A stretch of 64,000 nt of DNA. It comes from Negaprion brevirostris (lineage: Eukaryota). Positions 51,638 through 64,000 of this stretch are shown here, in pieces. The stretch is taken from NCBI GenBank assembly GCA_030324005.1, contig JARDVH010000133.1, positions 24,579,375 through 24,643,374 on the forward strand. Direction: 5' to 3'. The notes beneath the pieces were generated by a model. The model worked only from the letters and a program-made list of their open reading frames with translations. It was not told the origin of the DNA and did no database searches. A program made the translations under genes and the position numbers. Position 1 is the stretch's first letter. Each line of letters starts with the position of its first letter.

Positions 51638-51941
51638 AATCATAGAATCCGACAGTGCAGGANNNNNNNNNNNNNNNNNNNNNNNNNNNNNNNNNNNNNN
51701 NNNNNNNNNNNNNNNNNNNNNNNNNNNNNNNNNNNNNCATAACAGGCAATTTAGCATGGCCAATCCATGTAACCTGCACATCTTTGGACTGTGGAAGGAA
51801 ACCGGCGAACCTGCAAGAAACCCATGCAGACATGGGGAGAATGTGCAAACTCCACACAGACAGTGACCCCAGCCGAGAATTGAATCTGGATCCTTAGCAC
51901 TGTGAGGCAGCAGTGGTAATCACTATGCCACCGTGCTGCCC
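51638..51941 (-). mobile_element. HE1-type V-SINE (contains a gap)
   Basis: Reverse complement of head, V-domain and tail. Confidence 0.88.
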
Positions 51942-52099
51942 CTTTAATCAGATGTATCTTTTTCATCTTCTAAAGACCTGTTGGTTGTTTCTTCTTATAC
52001 TATGCCAATGTTTCTTCATCCCACCTATTTTAAATAGTTTCCATTACTTGTACTCGTGTAAAAGTTAGGCTATAGACTTATAGTTACATAGTTCTTTTT

Positions 52100-54000
52100 A
52101 CTTTTTAATGCTTGGAGGAAGGCAGGTAATACAAGAGTCCCCTGTGGCCATTTCCCCTTTTGAACAGATATACCATTTTGGATACTCTTGGAGGAGATGA
52201 TTATGTGGCAGCCAACTTCATGGCACCATGGGTGGCTGTGCTGAACAAGAGGGGAGGAGGAAGAATTGCAGACGATAGTGGTTGCAGATTCAATTGTAGG
52301 GAGAAAAAAAGGTGTTTCTGCAGCTGCAAAAGAGATTCCAGGATGGCATGTTGCCTCCCTGATGTCAGGGTTAAGGATGTTACTGATCAGCTGCAGGGCA
52401 TTCTGAAGGAGGAGGGCAAACAGACAGAGATTGTGGTACATATTGGTACCAACAATATAGATAGAAAAAGGGATAAGGTCCTGCAAGGAAGTAGATTATA
52501 AAACAGGACCTAGAAGGTAGTAATTTCTGAATTACTTATGGTGCCACATGCTGGTGAGAATAGAAATAAGGGATTAGTCCAGATGAATATGTGCCTGGGG
52601 AGATGGTGCAGGAGGGAGGGCTTTGGATTTCTGGGACTTTGGGACTGTTTTAGGAGATGGTGATCTGTACAAGGCAAGCAAGTTCTATCTGAACCGAAAT
52701 GGACCAATGTACTTACAGGGAGCTTTGCTAGTCTTGTTGGATAGGATTTAAACTAACTTGGCAGGAGGAGTAGGATCCTGAGAGATGGTTCAGCAGGGGG
52801 AGATGCACAACCAAAATTAGAAAAGACAGTGAGTCAGGAAGGCATAAAAGTTACAGGCCAGTTAAGGCAGACAAGATCGGGTGGTATTTTAATGCAAGGA
52901 GTCTGATGAATAAGGCAGATGAATTGAGGGCACAAATATGTGATATGGTATCATTGCTGTCACCAAGACATGGTTGAGAGAGGGGCAGGATTGGCAGCTC
53001 AATACTCCAGGATATAGGATCTTCAGATGAGTCAGGGAACGAGGTAAAAGAGGAGTGGTTGTCACAGTTTTGATTAGAGAATCAATTACAGTAATAAGGA
53101 AGGATAGCATCTTAGAAGGCTCTTCTAATGAAGCTACATGGGTGGAACTTAAATACCAAAAAGGCGCAATCACATTGTTGGGAGTGTTCTATAAGCCCCC
53201 AAACAGTCCGAGGGGAAATAGAAGAGCAGTTATGTAGGCAAATTTCAAAGAAGTGTAAAAGTAATAGAGCAGTGAAAGTGGGGGATTTCAACTTCCCCAA
53301 CATTAACAGAGGTATTTGTAGTATGAAAGCCTTAGAGGGAGCAGAATTCTTAAAATACATCGAGGAGAACTTTGACTTTTTAGGTAACAAAGCCTCACTG
53401 TTCATAAAACCCTTTGGGATGTCTTTGAGAACTATAGAAGTGCAACTCAATTCTCTTGCTACTTATTTCTTTCCCAAAGCATTTTGCAGACAGGCTTCAT
53501 AACTACATTAGATTCAACATTGTTATGGAAAAGGACAAGGGTAGGCCTGAAATCAAAGTTCTAAACTGGAGGGAAGGCTGATTTTAATAAGATCAGATAT
53601 GCTTTGGTCAAACTGGACTGAGAGCAGACAGTCTTAGGTAAATCTGTGACAGAACAGTGGGACATATTCAGAAGGGAAATGGGGACAGTACAGGGCCAAT
53701 ATGTTCCAATAAAGGAAAAGAATGGCACCAACAAATCCAGTTACCCATTGATTTTGAGAGATAAACATGATTGGATAAAGAGAAAAAGAAAGGCATTTGG
53801 CAGACATTGAGGGCTCAAAACAGCAGAAGCCCTGGCGGAGTATTGAATGTGCAAGATGGGAACTTAAAAAGGAAATTAGGAGAACAAAAAGGGGACATGA
53901 AAGGAAACTGGCAGCTAGAATAAAGGAAAATTTGAAGTTGTTTTACAAGTACAATAAGGGCAGAAGCAAAACTAGGGAAAGAGTAGGCCCATTAAGGACA
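52100..54000 (+). mobile_element. CR1 5' half: ORF1 (SGNH/esterase-like) and ORF2 AP-endonuclease remnants
   Basis: CCLPDVRVKDV..IVVHIGTNNI (ORF1); NARSLMNKADEL, GVFYKPPNS, VGDFNFPNI (APE). Confidence 0.88.
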
Positions 54001-54265
54001 ACAGTGGCCCTTCGACTCATTGCGTATGCACCGACAACAATCCCATTCTGTAGCCCCATGTATTTGCCCTGCAAATCCCCCGACACTACGATCATGCTAA
54101 ATTGCCCCTATCAACCTAACCTGCACATCTTTGGAACGTGGGAGAAAACCAGAGCACCCAGATGAAGCCCACGCATATACGGGGAGAACGTGCAAACTCC
54201 ACAAAGACAGTGACCGGAATTGAACCCTGGTGCTGTGAGGTAGCAACGCTGACTACTGTACCAGC
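54000..54265 (-). mobile_element. V-SINE (HE1-like), decayed
   Basis: aacctgcacatctttgg..ggggagaacgtgcaaactccac..ctgtgaggtagca. Confidence 0.8.
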
Positions 54266-55959
54266 CTGGAATACAGTGTTATGCAAACCTCAGAATCACT
54301 GCTGAAAATCCTCACCAGTCTTCAAAAACTAATTTTATATTTATGAAATAGGCAATTTAAAAACAAACCCACTTTTGCTTTGAAAATAGCTTGTTTATTT
54401 TAGCTAGCTTCTATCTTAATCCAATCATCATTTATTTAGTAAGCTGAAAACTTCACATGTAAAGTGAAGCGTATTAAGTGCTTTTAACTTCCTGGTTAGT
54501 AGTGTGTAAATACTTCAATGTTCGTGAGTGCTCGCTTGCTTCACAGCATCACGGTTGCTGTACGCCTGACTTTGCTAGTTTTATTGTCAGGAGAAAGCAG
54601 ATCTTTGATTCAGTGTCTTCGGCACTGATCACAAAATCCGGCCAGAAATACTTCTGTGTGCCTAGACTTTGATTCCAGGGGAAAGTTATTTGAAAAACTC
54701 GGTTTTTTGGGAGAAGCAATGACAAATGGTACATAATTGTCCAAATTGCCCAATTGATTGAATGTATTGTGTTAGCAGGTTTTCTTTTTTACAAGGTGAG
54801 TGGGAGAGAAATGCCAAATTCATTTTATAATAAAAGTTTTATCAGCAACAGAGAAAGGTTTTACAGTGCTACTTACTAAGATTGGGCTGGTTTAGCAGGT
54901 TGGAACAATGGATGTCTTTCCGAAATCCAAGTTCAAATTGATATGGGGTTGACGTTCATCTCAAATTCACTATTTTGTACACTTGATGTGGATTCCGATG
55001 GGAAACTTTACCAAACAAATGGCAGCAAGTTGTTTCTGGCACGGCAACCAGCATGTTTCTCTTAAGAGAAACTGTTCAGTTTTCTCTCTAGGTTCTACCA
55101 CACTCTGCCAAAAGAAAAATCAAGGGATGGGGAGTGAACCATGCTGTCATTGTGGCGAGTGGGGTATGCCATCTTTAAAGGGTGTTCCGATCAACCTCCT
55201 GCACCCCTCCCCATAATTGAGGCCGCAGGGTATCCCCTCTGCACCTCTGGAGCGAGCAATAACCATCCCAGCCCCCCGCGCGGCATCATCATACCCTCTT
55301 ACACACACACGCACACACACACACTTCTCACAGTCACTGGCATTGGAGGACATCCTTGGCACAGGGTGGCATGATGTCAATCTGGCAATGCCAAACTGTG
55401 CCAAGGGGCATTGCCAGGACACTGCCTGGCCATGTCAGTTATCCCCCCAGGGGATATACTCTGGGTGTCGACTAAAGTTTGTGATCATTTGGATCGAGCT
55501 AAATTGGGGAAGCGTAATAAAATTAACAGCACTGACTTGGCTTTACTTTCTGGCCTCTAAAGAAAGGTACAAGCTGTGGTAACTGTCTCATAATGTGATC
55601 TAAAACATGAGTTAGATGCCAGCAGTCAGTAGATTTAGAACTTGATGTCTTTTAATGATGGGAAGCAAAGCCTAATGTTTTACTTCAGACAGCTGAAAAA
55701 TTATTGCACCTACATTGTGAACGTTTTGAGGTCGGCATTGTCTCCAGGTGTATTTTACATTTTAAAGATTTAATTTCTTCTGGAAGTGGGAGAAAAGGAA
55801 GATGAGCTCTGAGTCCTTCTTTTCTATCATGTTTTTCTTTGTGAGAGGGATGGCAGGCAGCTGCATTGTCATTGCAAACGCTTCTGCCTAGTCTTTCGCA
55901 ATCATCCTTAATTGGTGAGTGATCCATCTTCGTCTTTCTCTAAGGACCCCAGTGTCGTA

Positions 55960-57425
55960 GATGTTGGTCTTCAGCTAATTCCACTCAATCCAATTGATAT
56001 CAAGAAATGACCAAAAGCTTTGGATGTAGCAAAGGCAACACCTAGGATTGAAAACTTGTGCTCCAGAACTAGCTAAGCCCCGAATCAAACTGTTCTAATC
56101 CAGCTGCAACACTGACAATGCCCAGTATGTCCAGTGCACAAAAGGCAGGTCAGATCCAATCTGGCCAAGTCTTCAGTCTACTTTCAATCATCAGAAATAG
56201 AAAATGGACACATAGCAATAACCTGCTCATCAGTTTGGCTGCTCACCTTCAGACCTCATTACAGCTTTGCTCCAAACATGGATGAAAGAGCTGAATTCAA
56301 GAGGTAAGGGTGACTGCCTTTGACAAGCCAGCATTTTTGAGTATCCTAGCAAACGAACCCAGCAAAATTGAAGTCAGTAGGAATCAGGGGTTGGGAAGGA
56401 AGCTGTTCAATGGTGGGAATCATCTGTAGAATAAAGGAAGCTGTTTATAATTGTTTGAGGTCAATCATCTCAGCCCCAGGCAATTGCAACAGGCATTCCT
56501 TGGGTTTGTGTCCAAGGCTGAACCATCTTCAGCTGCTTGATCAATGACCAGTTTTGATCTCATGATAGATATTCACTGATAATTGCACAATGTTCAGCAC
56601 AATTTGAAATGCCTCAGATTCTGAAGCAGTCCCTGTCCATGTGCAACAAGATCTGAACAATATTCAGCCTTGGGCTTGTAAGTGGTGAGTAAAATTCATG
56701 CAGCACAAGTACCAGACATTAACAATCTCCAACAAGAGAGAATCTAATCATTTCTGCTTGATATTCAACAGCATTACTGAATCTGTTCACTATTAACATC
56801 CTGGTAGTTACTGTTGATCAAAAACTTAACTGAATCAGCCATATAAATACTGAAGCAACAAGAGCAGGTTGGAGATTGATGAGTAACTCATCTCCTGACT
56901 TCCCAAGCTTGTTCACCATTTACAAGGCGTAAGTCAGGAGTATGATGGAATACTCTCCACTAATCGGGAAGAAGGCAGCACTGATAGCACCATGACAAAG
57001 CAGTTCTCTTGTTTGGCACCTTGTCCATCACCTTTAAAATATTCATTCCCTCCACCAGTGGACAGCAGCAGCAATGTATATCACCTACAAGGTGCACTGC
57101 AGCAACTTCTCAAGGCTTCTTCGACTGCGCCTTCCAAACCCGCAATCTCGACCTAGAAGGACGTGGGTGGCAGAGGCCGGAGAACGCCACCAACTGCAAG
57201 TTCCTTAAAGCCGCACATCATCTTGACTTGGAACGGTATTGCTGCCCTTTCACAGTTGTTGGGTTAAAATCCTAGAGACGTCCTCCTAACAGACAATGGA
57301 TGTAGTTACACAAATGGACTGTGGTAGATCAACGCGACTACTCGCCACTATCTTTCCAAGTGTAATTGGGAATGAATGATAAATGCTGGCCTTGCCAGTG
57401 ACCCAGAAGATTGAATGAATTGATT
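55960..57425 (+). mobile_element. LINE family B, decayed RT plus 3' end
   Basis: Collinear with 5625-6900. Confidence 0.85.
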
Positions 57426-58190
57426 AAAAGAACAGGTTGAGAGAGGAGTACAAGCAGTTGTCATTGAACAATCTCCGATTTAATATGAATTTGGGAAGGA
57501 ATCACTCCATGGTGTCTAGTTTTAATTGTGGAGAGGAACATTGCTAAAGTTGCAGATATAACATCAAATTTCATTTAATTATGACTGCACCTTGACAATA
57601 CCAAGCACTCCTTTTTTTCTGTGTTAGTGTACAATCCATTTTCTGATTACCTTTGTAACATTCGATGTTGAATATGACATGGTTGGAAATGTTTTAAGAT
57701 TGAAGTTGTTCTGAATCTAACACACCGTGTCATGGTGTAGACTCTATAATTTCCCCATTTTTGATCCATCAGTGACTGCATTATTCCTCTTCTTTCTCTC
57801 ATTGATCTTACTGTAACTCTGATGTTCACACTTGATGCTGTGACTTCTGGCTTGAAACATGAATGTAGGTCTGTAAGATGGAACTGTAAGGAGCAATCTG
57901 TCTGAAAGATTTATTTGGAGAGAGGTATCTGGTTGATGGGAAATGGGTATGCAAAATGCCTATCCACTGGGGATGGAATATATCCACGTGTAAACTGTGC
58001 AATAATCTGGAGCAGTCACTGAGGCAACTGTCAAGCCTACAATCAATCCTGTGTTGACAAGTACTGCTTTTTGGAGCTGGGGTAACTACGTCTTTTCAAT
58101 TGTGGTATATTTGGGTAAATAATCGTTGGTGAAGGAAAGGCCTTCAACAGCTGTCTATGGAGTATTTATGAACTGTTGTACAAACACTTA

Positions 58191-58637
58191 GGGGGCAATC
58201 TTACCAAAATAGTTCAAAGTGCCAAACGAGTGCAAAAACGGGAGAGAATTGCACCCACTTTTCGGGCAAACTCCCTACTGCAATTGCATGGCACTTAGAA
58301 AAAAAAACTGGTTCCAGATGTGATTCTTGCCAGTAGACTGAACCAAGAGATCTAGCACAGCCCGCCACTCCCAACACACACACACACACACACACACACA
58401 CGATCCTCACTGGTGAGATCATTAAGGCATGAGTCTGGTCGATTGCGTCCAGGACACTCAAAGCCTATTAAAGTCACCTCAAATATTTAAGTCAGCATCG
58501 CGCCCTTCCTAGGCCTAAGACTGATTACACTGGTAAAATGGTGCTGATAACATCAAACCCAGTTTGTCACCTTTCGCCCTCTCTTACTGGTTCTTCACAC
58601 CAATCGATCAGCATGACAAGCCGGTAAGATCACCCCC
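58191..58637. mobile_element. MITE containing a (CA)n microsatellite
   Basis: TIRs gggggcaatcttacc / ggtaagatcaccccc, flanks TTA/GTA; (CA)n at about 58375-58400. Confidence 0.8.
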
Positions 58638-58704
58638 GTATTGTTTTTAGGTACCTGATCAGCACAGCGCCCTCTACAGGGGACCGTGTGACTTGTAAGA
58701 AATA

Positions 58705-58962
58705 GACAAGCATAGACTATTTTCTAAATGGGAAGATGCTTAGGAAATCAGAAACACAAAGGGACTTGGGGGTCCTTGTTCAAGATTTTCTTAAGGTTAA
58801 CGTGCAGGTTCAGACAGCAGTTAGGAACGCAAATGCAATGTTAGCATTCATGTTGAGAGGGCTAGAATACAAGAGCAGGGATGTACTTCTGCTGTATAAG
58901 GCAGATCCATTTTAGAGTATTGTGAGCAGTGGTGAGCCCTGTTTCTAAGGAAGGATGTGCTG
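58705..58962 (+). mobile_element. CR1 fragment running into a gap
   Basis: caaagggacttggg..gcaaatgcaatgttagcattcat..aggaaggatgtgctg. Confidence 0.85.
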
Positions 58963-59267
58963 NNNNNNNNNNNNNNNNNNNNNNNNNNNNNNNNNNNNNN
59001 NNNNNNNNNNNNNNNNNNNNNNNNNNNNNNNNNNNNNNNNNNNNNNNNNNNNNNNNNNNNNNAAAATGGACAAAGTCTCTAAATTCATTTTCAAAAAGGA
59101 GTCAATTACTTATAACATTGCTTATCTGCTAATAATGCACAATAAAATATTCAGGTGGAGACTATTTGGATAAATGATCCACATTAAACATTTGGCTACA
59201 GACTCAGCCAATGAATAGGTCAACTGAACAACATTATTTCTTTATTAGGTAATTGTATGCAACCAAA

Positions 59268-60765
59268 TGTCAGAATTTTAGTCGCAATGATTATACAACA
59301 CTACTAACCAGCATGCACGCACGATAAGACCTTATTTGGAAGGAAATTGTCACTCCAATAAGCAGTCACATTGGTGAAGCTAATGAACTGTTACATGGAA
59401 AATAAGTTTTCAGATAAGTGCATGGGATTCTATGATCTCGTGGTGCGGTGGTAATACTCCTACTTTTGGGCCAGAAGTTCTGGGTTCAAGTCCCACTTGA
59501 GGACTTGATGACCATGTGCATTCATAATATGGCCAAACAAGCTGATTATCAGCCTATATGCCTGATGGCAGGTGATAATTGCAGGACAGTTGCCTGGTCA
59601 GCCATACTGCAGAAAGTGATTTGGTTTAGCTCAGTTGACTGGACAGCTGGTTTATGCTTCTTAGTGACATCAACAACGCAAGTTCAATTCCTGTACTGGC
59701 CGAGGTTATTCGTAAAGGCCTGGCCTTCTCAACCTTGTCCCTTGCCAGACGTGTGGTGATCCTCTGGTTAAATCACCACCAGCCAGCTCTCCCCCTTTAA
59801 GGGGAAACCAGCTTATAGTCATCCAGGACTATGGCAATTGTACTGCAGAAGGCAATGGAAAACCACATCAATACTTTATGAAGCACAATCATGGACCAAT
59901 CCAAGGAAATGTGTGGTTGCTAATGCCCTCAGAGCATGGTAACTGAAGGAGGAGGCAACTTGAGATTCATAATATATTTCTGAGCGCAGGTGAACTGTAG
60001 AAGGAAGTATAAGGTCCTAATTAAGGAATCACTTGTCCAAGAGAGTGATGGGAAATTAAAACAACTTTTATATTTAGCATTTTTAACATAATGTCCAAAG
60101 GCCCTTCTCAAAGTCACTTATGCCTCCCTCAAGCCACTGCCCAGATGGAACAATTTCAATGAGGCGGGGTGGGGGCAGTGGTGGTTACATTGTTATAAAT
60201 AGGAAGTCCTCCTTCAATTGAAAAATTAACATGCCTACTTCCAGTTTAACTGGGTTGGGCTTAAGCTTGGATGATTAGCTGCTGAAAGAAACTGGGAGAT
60301 GCTGGTTTGAGTAGCCAAGAGCTTTTCCCGCATTTTTGAGCTTGCAAACCTCCATCCAATCTCTGACCCCAACCCCTGCAATCTTTCCGCATTCTCACCC
60401 CCAAAAACACCACTATCCTTTCACACCCTACTTTCTGTCTGAACCCTTCTGCCATTTTTCAAACCTCTCATGCCATCTCTCCAAACCATATCTCAATGTA
60501 ATCGTTGGGAGCAATCCAGAGCCTACGCACTCTTGTCAGTGGAAATGGCAGCAGGGTCCCAAGATCCAGTGAAACTCAAAATGCGAATCTCACTGGCAGG
60601 ATAGCAATTCCAGATTTTCACCAACCCTTATTTTCTGTGTAACCATTCATTAGCTTCACCAATGTGAATGCTTATTGGAGTGACGGTTTCCTTCCAAAGA
60701 AGGTCTTATTGTGCGTGCATGCTGGTTAGTAGTGTTGTGTAATCATTGCAACTAAAATTCTGACA
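59268..60765. repeat. 139-bp inverted repeat (59268-59406 / 60627-60765)
   Basis: Hand alignment gives 11 mismatches and no gaps. Confidence 0.93.
59440..59955 (+). mobile_element. tRNA-derived SINE with a second SINE (59615-59840) nested inside
   Basis: Two pol III heads (gggttcaagtccc; tagctcagttg..agttcaattcc); perfect TACTGCAGAA TSD at 59605-59614 and 59841-59850. Confidence 0.75.
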
Positions 60766-61364
60766 ACTGTTTGTAACCAGGTTCAAGCTCTCAGTTTAAT
60801 TAACAGATCCCCCGCACCCCGGACCCCTCTGTCGCCATATATAGACCCCTAGCAGTATTTTCAAACTTCACCAACATGACATCACATCATTGAGGTTTAC
60901 AACAAGTTCACCATGCCAACCTGTACCAGGGGCAGACCCAAGTGGGAGCCTCATGTGGAGGAATTCATTTATTTGTGGCAGCTGAGGAACTCATAATATC
61001 CTTTTCCCTGCGCAATTACCGATCTTATTGATTGTCAGTGACCATCACTAGTAGTGCGTGCTGATTACAGGGCCATGTCACCTTCCCTGCCAGGCAGACA
61101 GATAGCCAGCCTTTAATTTGGCTGGTTGAAAAGTTTGAAATAGAATTAAACAATTCTAATGAATACGGCTGAAAAAAAGAGACATAGCAAAGTGTCTCAT
61201 TTTTCAATCATCAGGACACTTCATAAGAATGCCAAGTTAAAGGAGAAAACAACAATTTGTACTGTATGGTAAGAGAGTGCTGATGGGTTGGCAAGTGGAC
61301 TCTTATTAGAATGTTGCAATGGAGGGAAGTTAAGAAAGAATAGGCCATTTCAGGCTTTAGGATG

Positions 61365-61895
61365 TGATCTTGCAGCAGTTTTGGGTCCCATGACTAAGGA
61401 AGGATGTGCTGGCCTTGGAAGGAGTCCAGAGGAGTTTCACGAGATTAAACCCTGGAATGAAGAGCTTGTTGTATGAGGAACGGTTAAGAACTCTGGGTCT
61501 GTTCTCGTTGGAGTTTAGAAGGATGGGGAAAAGGGGAATCTTATTGAAACCTACAGGATACTGTGAGGCCTGGATAGAGTGGACAAGGAGAGGATGTTTC
61601 CAGTAGCAGGAAAAACTAGAACCAGAGGACACAACCTCAGGCTAAAGGGACGATCCTTTAAAACAGATGAGGAGGAATTTCTTCAGCCAGAGAGTGGTAT
61701 CTGTAGAACTCTTTGCCGCAGAAGACTTTGGAGGCCAGGTCATTGACTGTCTTTAAGACAGCGATAGGTAGGTTCTTGATTAATAAGGGGATTAGGGGTT
61801 ATGGGGAGAAGGCAAGACAGTGGGGATGAGAAAAATATCAGCCATGATTGAATGATGGAGTAGACTTGATGGGCTGGGTGGCCTAATTCTGCCAC
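61365..61895 (+). mobile_element. CR1 3' fragment
   Basis: LALEGVQRSFTRLNPGMKSLLYEERLRTLGLFSLEFRR. Confidence 0.9.
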
Positions 61896-64000
61896 TAAAA
61901 TAGCAATAGCAAGGCTTTTTGATCAATCAGATTGAAGCATCTTCACGGAGCTATACAGAGTTTAAATCAGGAAGTTTGAACCAAGAATTATTAAATTTAA
62001 ATTATCTGTGGAAAGCAAAATTAAGATTGGTGAAGAAAGATGGGCCTGAAAGAAACACAAAGTTTAAGAAAAAACTTTTTAAAAGATCTCTAAAATTAGT
62101 TAAATTCTGAAGGAATGGGATTTTACAATTGTAAAACTATATTTTCTGGGCCAGTGAGGTTGTTTGGAATCGTGGCTGATCATGCCATTAAAAATGCACT
62201 TGCACCTAAATGCACCTGCCCTGACTTTTTCTACTATGTTTCAAGGGTAAGTATCACAACTTAATGCCCTTAAATTGAGGTCAGTGCTGAGCCCATCCAT
62301 TAGCACAGCCTGTGGAGGGGCAGTGTCTGGATTCTTGCATGCAACAGCGCATGTGTAGATTCTGGAAGGTTAAATCTGATTTACTTCATTATAAGGGTGA
62401 GTCCTCTTCATCTCACTGTTGAGCACAATGCAAAATCTGAGTTAAACATTTAAGGTTTAGTTGCGGAAGGATTTGCCAGGCATATTCATGCTTTGTTGTC
62501 TCACAGGTAAGCCAAGTGGAGCAAAAGTCCTCTTAAGCCAAGTCTGAGCAACACCAACAAAACTTGCAGTTCAGCAAAACTAATCAGATGCAACTTTGTA
62601 TCATGCATAACGCTGTGTGATCCCATGAAGAAACTGCTTTGCCCGAGGCAGTAATAATGAAATGAACCATTTGTTTACCTGGATTCATAACAGAAATTCC
62701 ATCACATCTCTGCTGGTGTTTTTCTCCACAGCTGTCATGTAATCTAACCCCACTGCCTTGCTTAGTTCTCATGGCCTTTAATACTGTTTTCCAAACAATT
62801 GTCTAGCCCTCTTATGAAAGACCCTATGGACTCTTCAACAATTGTGACAGTGTACTCTATATTTTACGAACTCCCCTGTATATGGTGCTAGCCTCCCTTT
62901 TGTTATTTTTCCGATTACCTTAAGTTTGTGCTTTCTCTCTTAGTATCTTGTTGATCTGTGGAAACAAGATTGCTTTTCTAATCTTGAGAGATCTCTTTCG
63001 ATGTTACCTCTTCATGGCTATGGTGGTGGGGGTGTGGATCTAACTTGTCAACTGTTTCCCCAACTTCAAGATCATGGATCATACAGTGTCGTAGATCTGG
63101 ATTGGAATTAGACTCCGTGGCACAGATTCAGAAGCAAAGCTGAAAATTGGTAGAAGAATCTTAGTTCAGTACCTGTCTTTGTTCTGACTGCACACTGGAG
63201 AGAAGCCTAGGTTGTTGACCCTTTTTAATTCTTCCAGATGATGACATTTAAAAACAATGCATTACAAATGATAATGTGTGTTGGGCACGATTTTTTAAAA
63301 GCATGGTGTGGTTGAAATGGATATATGGTACAGTGCAGAGGATGTTAGGTGACTAACCTTGCTTGTGTAGGTAGAAGCATGCATATTAATCCTTCATATA
63401 AAATGCTGTCGGTTCTTCTCTCTGTAAATGGTGAGGGGCTGGGAATCCAATATGTCCTGATTATAGTGGTGCTGGCTATTTAATTAGGTGTCTAATGCTT
63501 AATCTTAGGGAAGTAACCATTTTTCTTGCATACTCCTGGCTGGAAAACACTATTCTAGCTTGACCAGTGTGAGTACACCTACTCAATGCAGCAAAATGTT
63601 AATGAGATAGGGCAAGTCTTTGAAGAGGTGAGAAAACCAATGACCTACCAGTAACTTTGTGTTTATACAATAGCTGCACATGAGAAGTTAAGTTTTTTTT
63701 TAGTTACACATGCTTAGATCAACAGGGCAAGCCTTTATTTGAACAGTTACGCACTCACTCATAGTTACCTCTTCCACAGCACCTTCAGACATTTTGTTCT
63801 CCTACACTTTGTCACAATTCATTTAGCATCAGTTACTACAAAACTTGGCAACAAATTTAATTGTTGTTACGATTTAGCCTTCTGAGTTATTCCTCCATCT
63901 TTGGCTAAATGATACGCCACTGTGTTGCTAGCTTTCTTTGCATGTCCCCAGTTAGCATAGGTCAGAACAGGAGCTGAACGAGGATGGTGTTTGTGTTTGT

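Overview
Repeat-rich vertebrate genomic DNA, almost certainly from a shark or other elasmobranch (HE1-type V-SINEs, HER1-type CR1 LINEs and shark-type Penelope ends), with 16 N-gaps from a draft assembly. The only recognisable host coding sequence is the first coding exon of a CUT-homeobox gene, most likely CUX2 (42933-42995, +, [21 protein letters not shown], donor GTTAGT). It sits in a CpG-rich, transposon-poor promoter. Everything downstream is the start of its long first intron; everything upstream is intergenic. The rest is a nested mosaic of decayed mobile elements: CR1, a second CR1-group LINE, L2, L1-like, Vingi-like, Penelope, Gypsy remnants, solo LTRs, several SINE families and GG-ended MITEs. 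I found no rRNA, true tRNA, CRISPR or prokaryote-type system, and nearly all ORFs in the supplied track are spurious or TE remnants. The most interesting signals are: a candidate alternative 10-codon first exon or microexon (MSCICILAIQ) that mirrors the CUX1 exon-1b architecture; a candidate poison exon and recursive-splice motifs in intron 1; a 139-bp inverted repeat in intron 1; and short foldback Penelope-derived elements carrying hammerhead-ribozyme cores. Repeat family names come from recalled motifs rather than a database search, and boundaries of old repeats are approximate.
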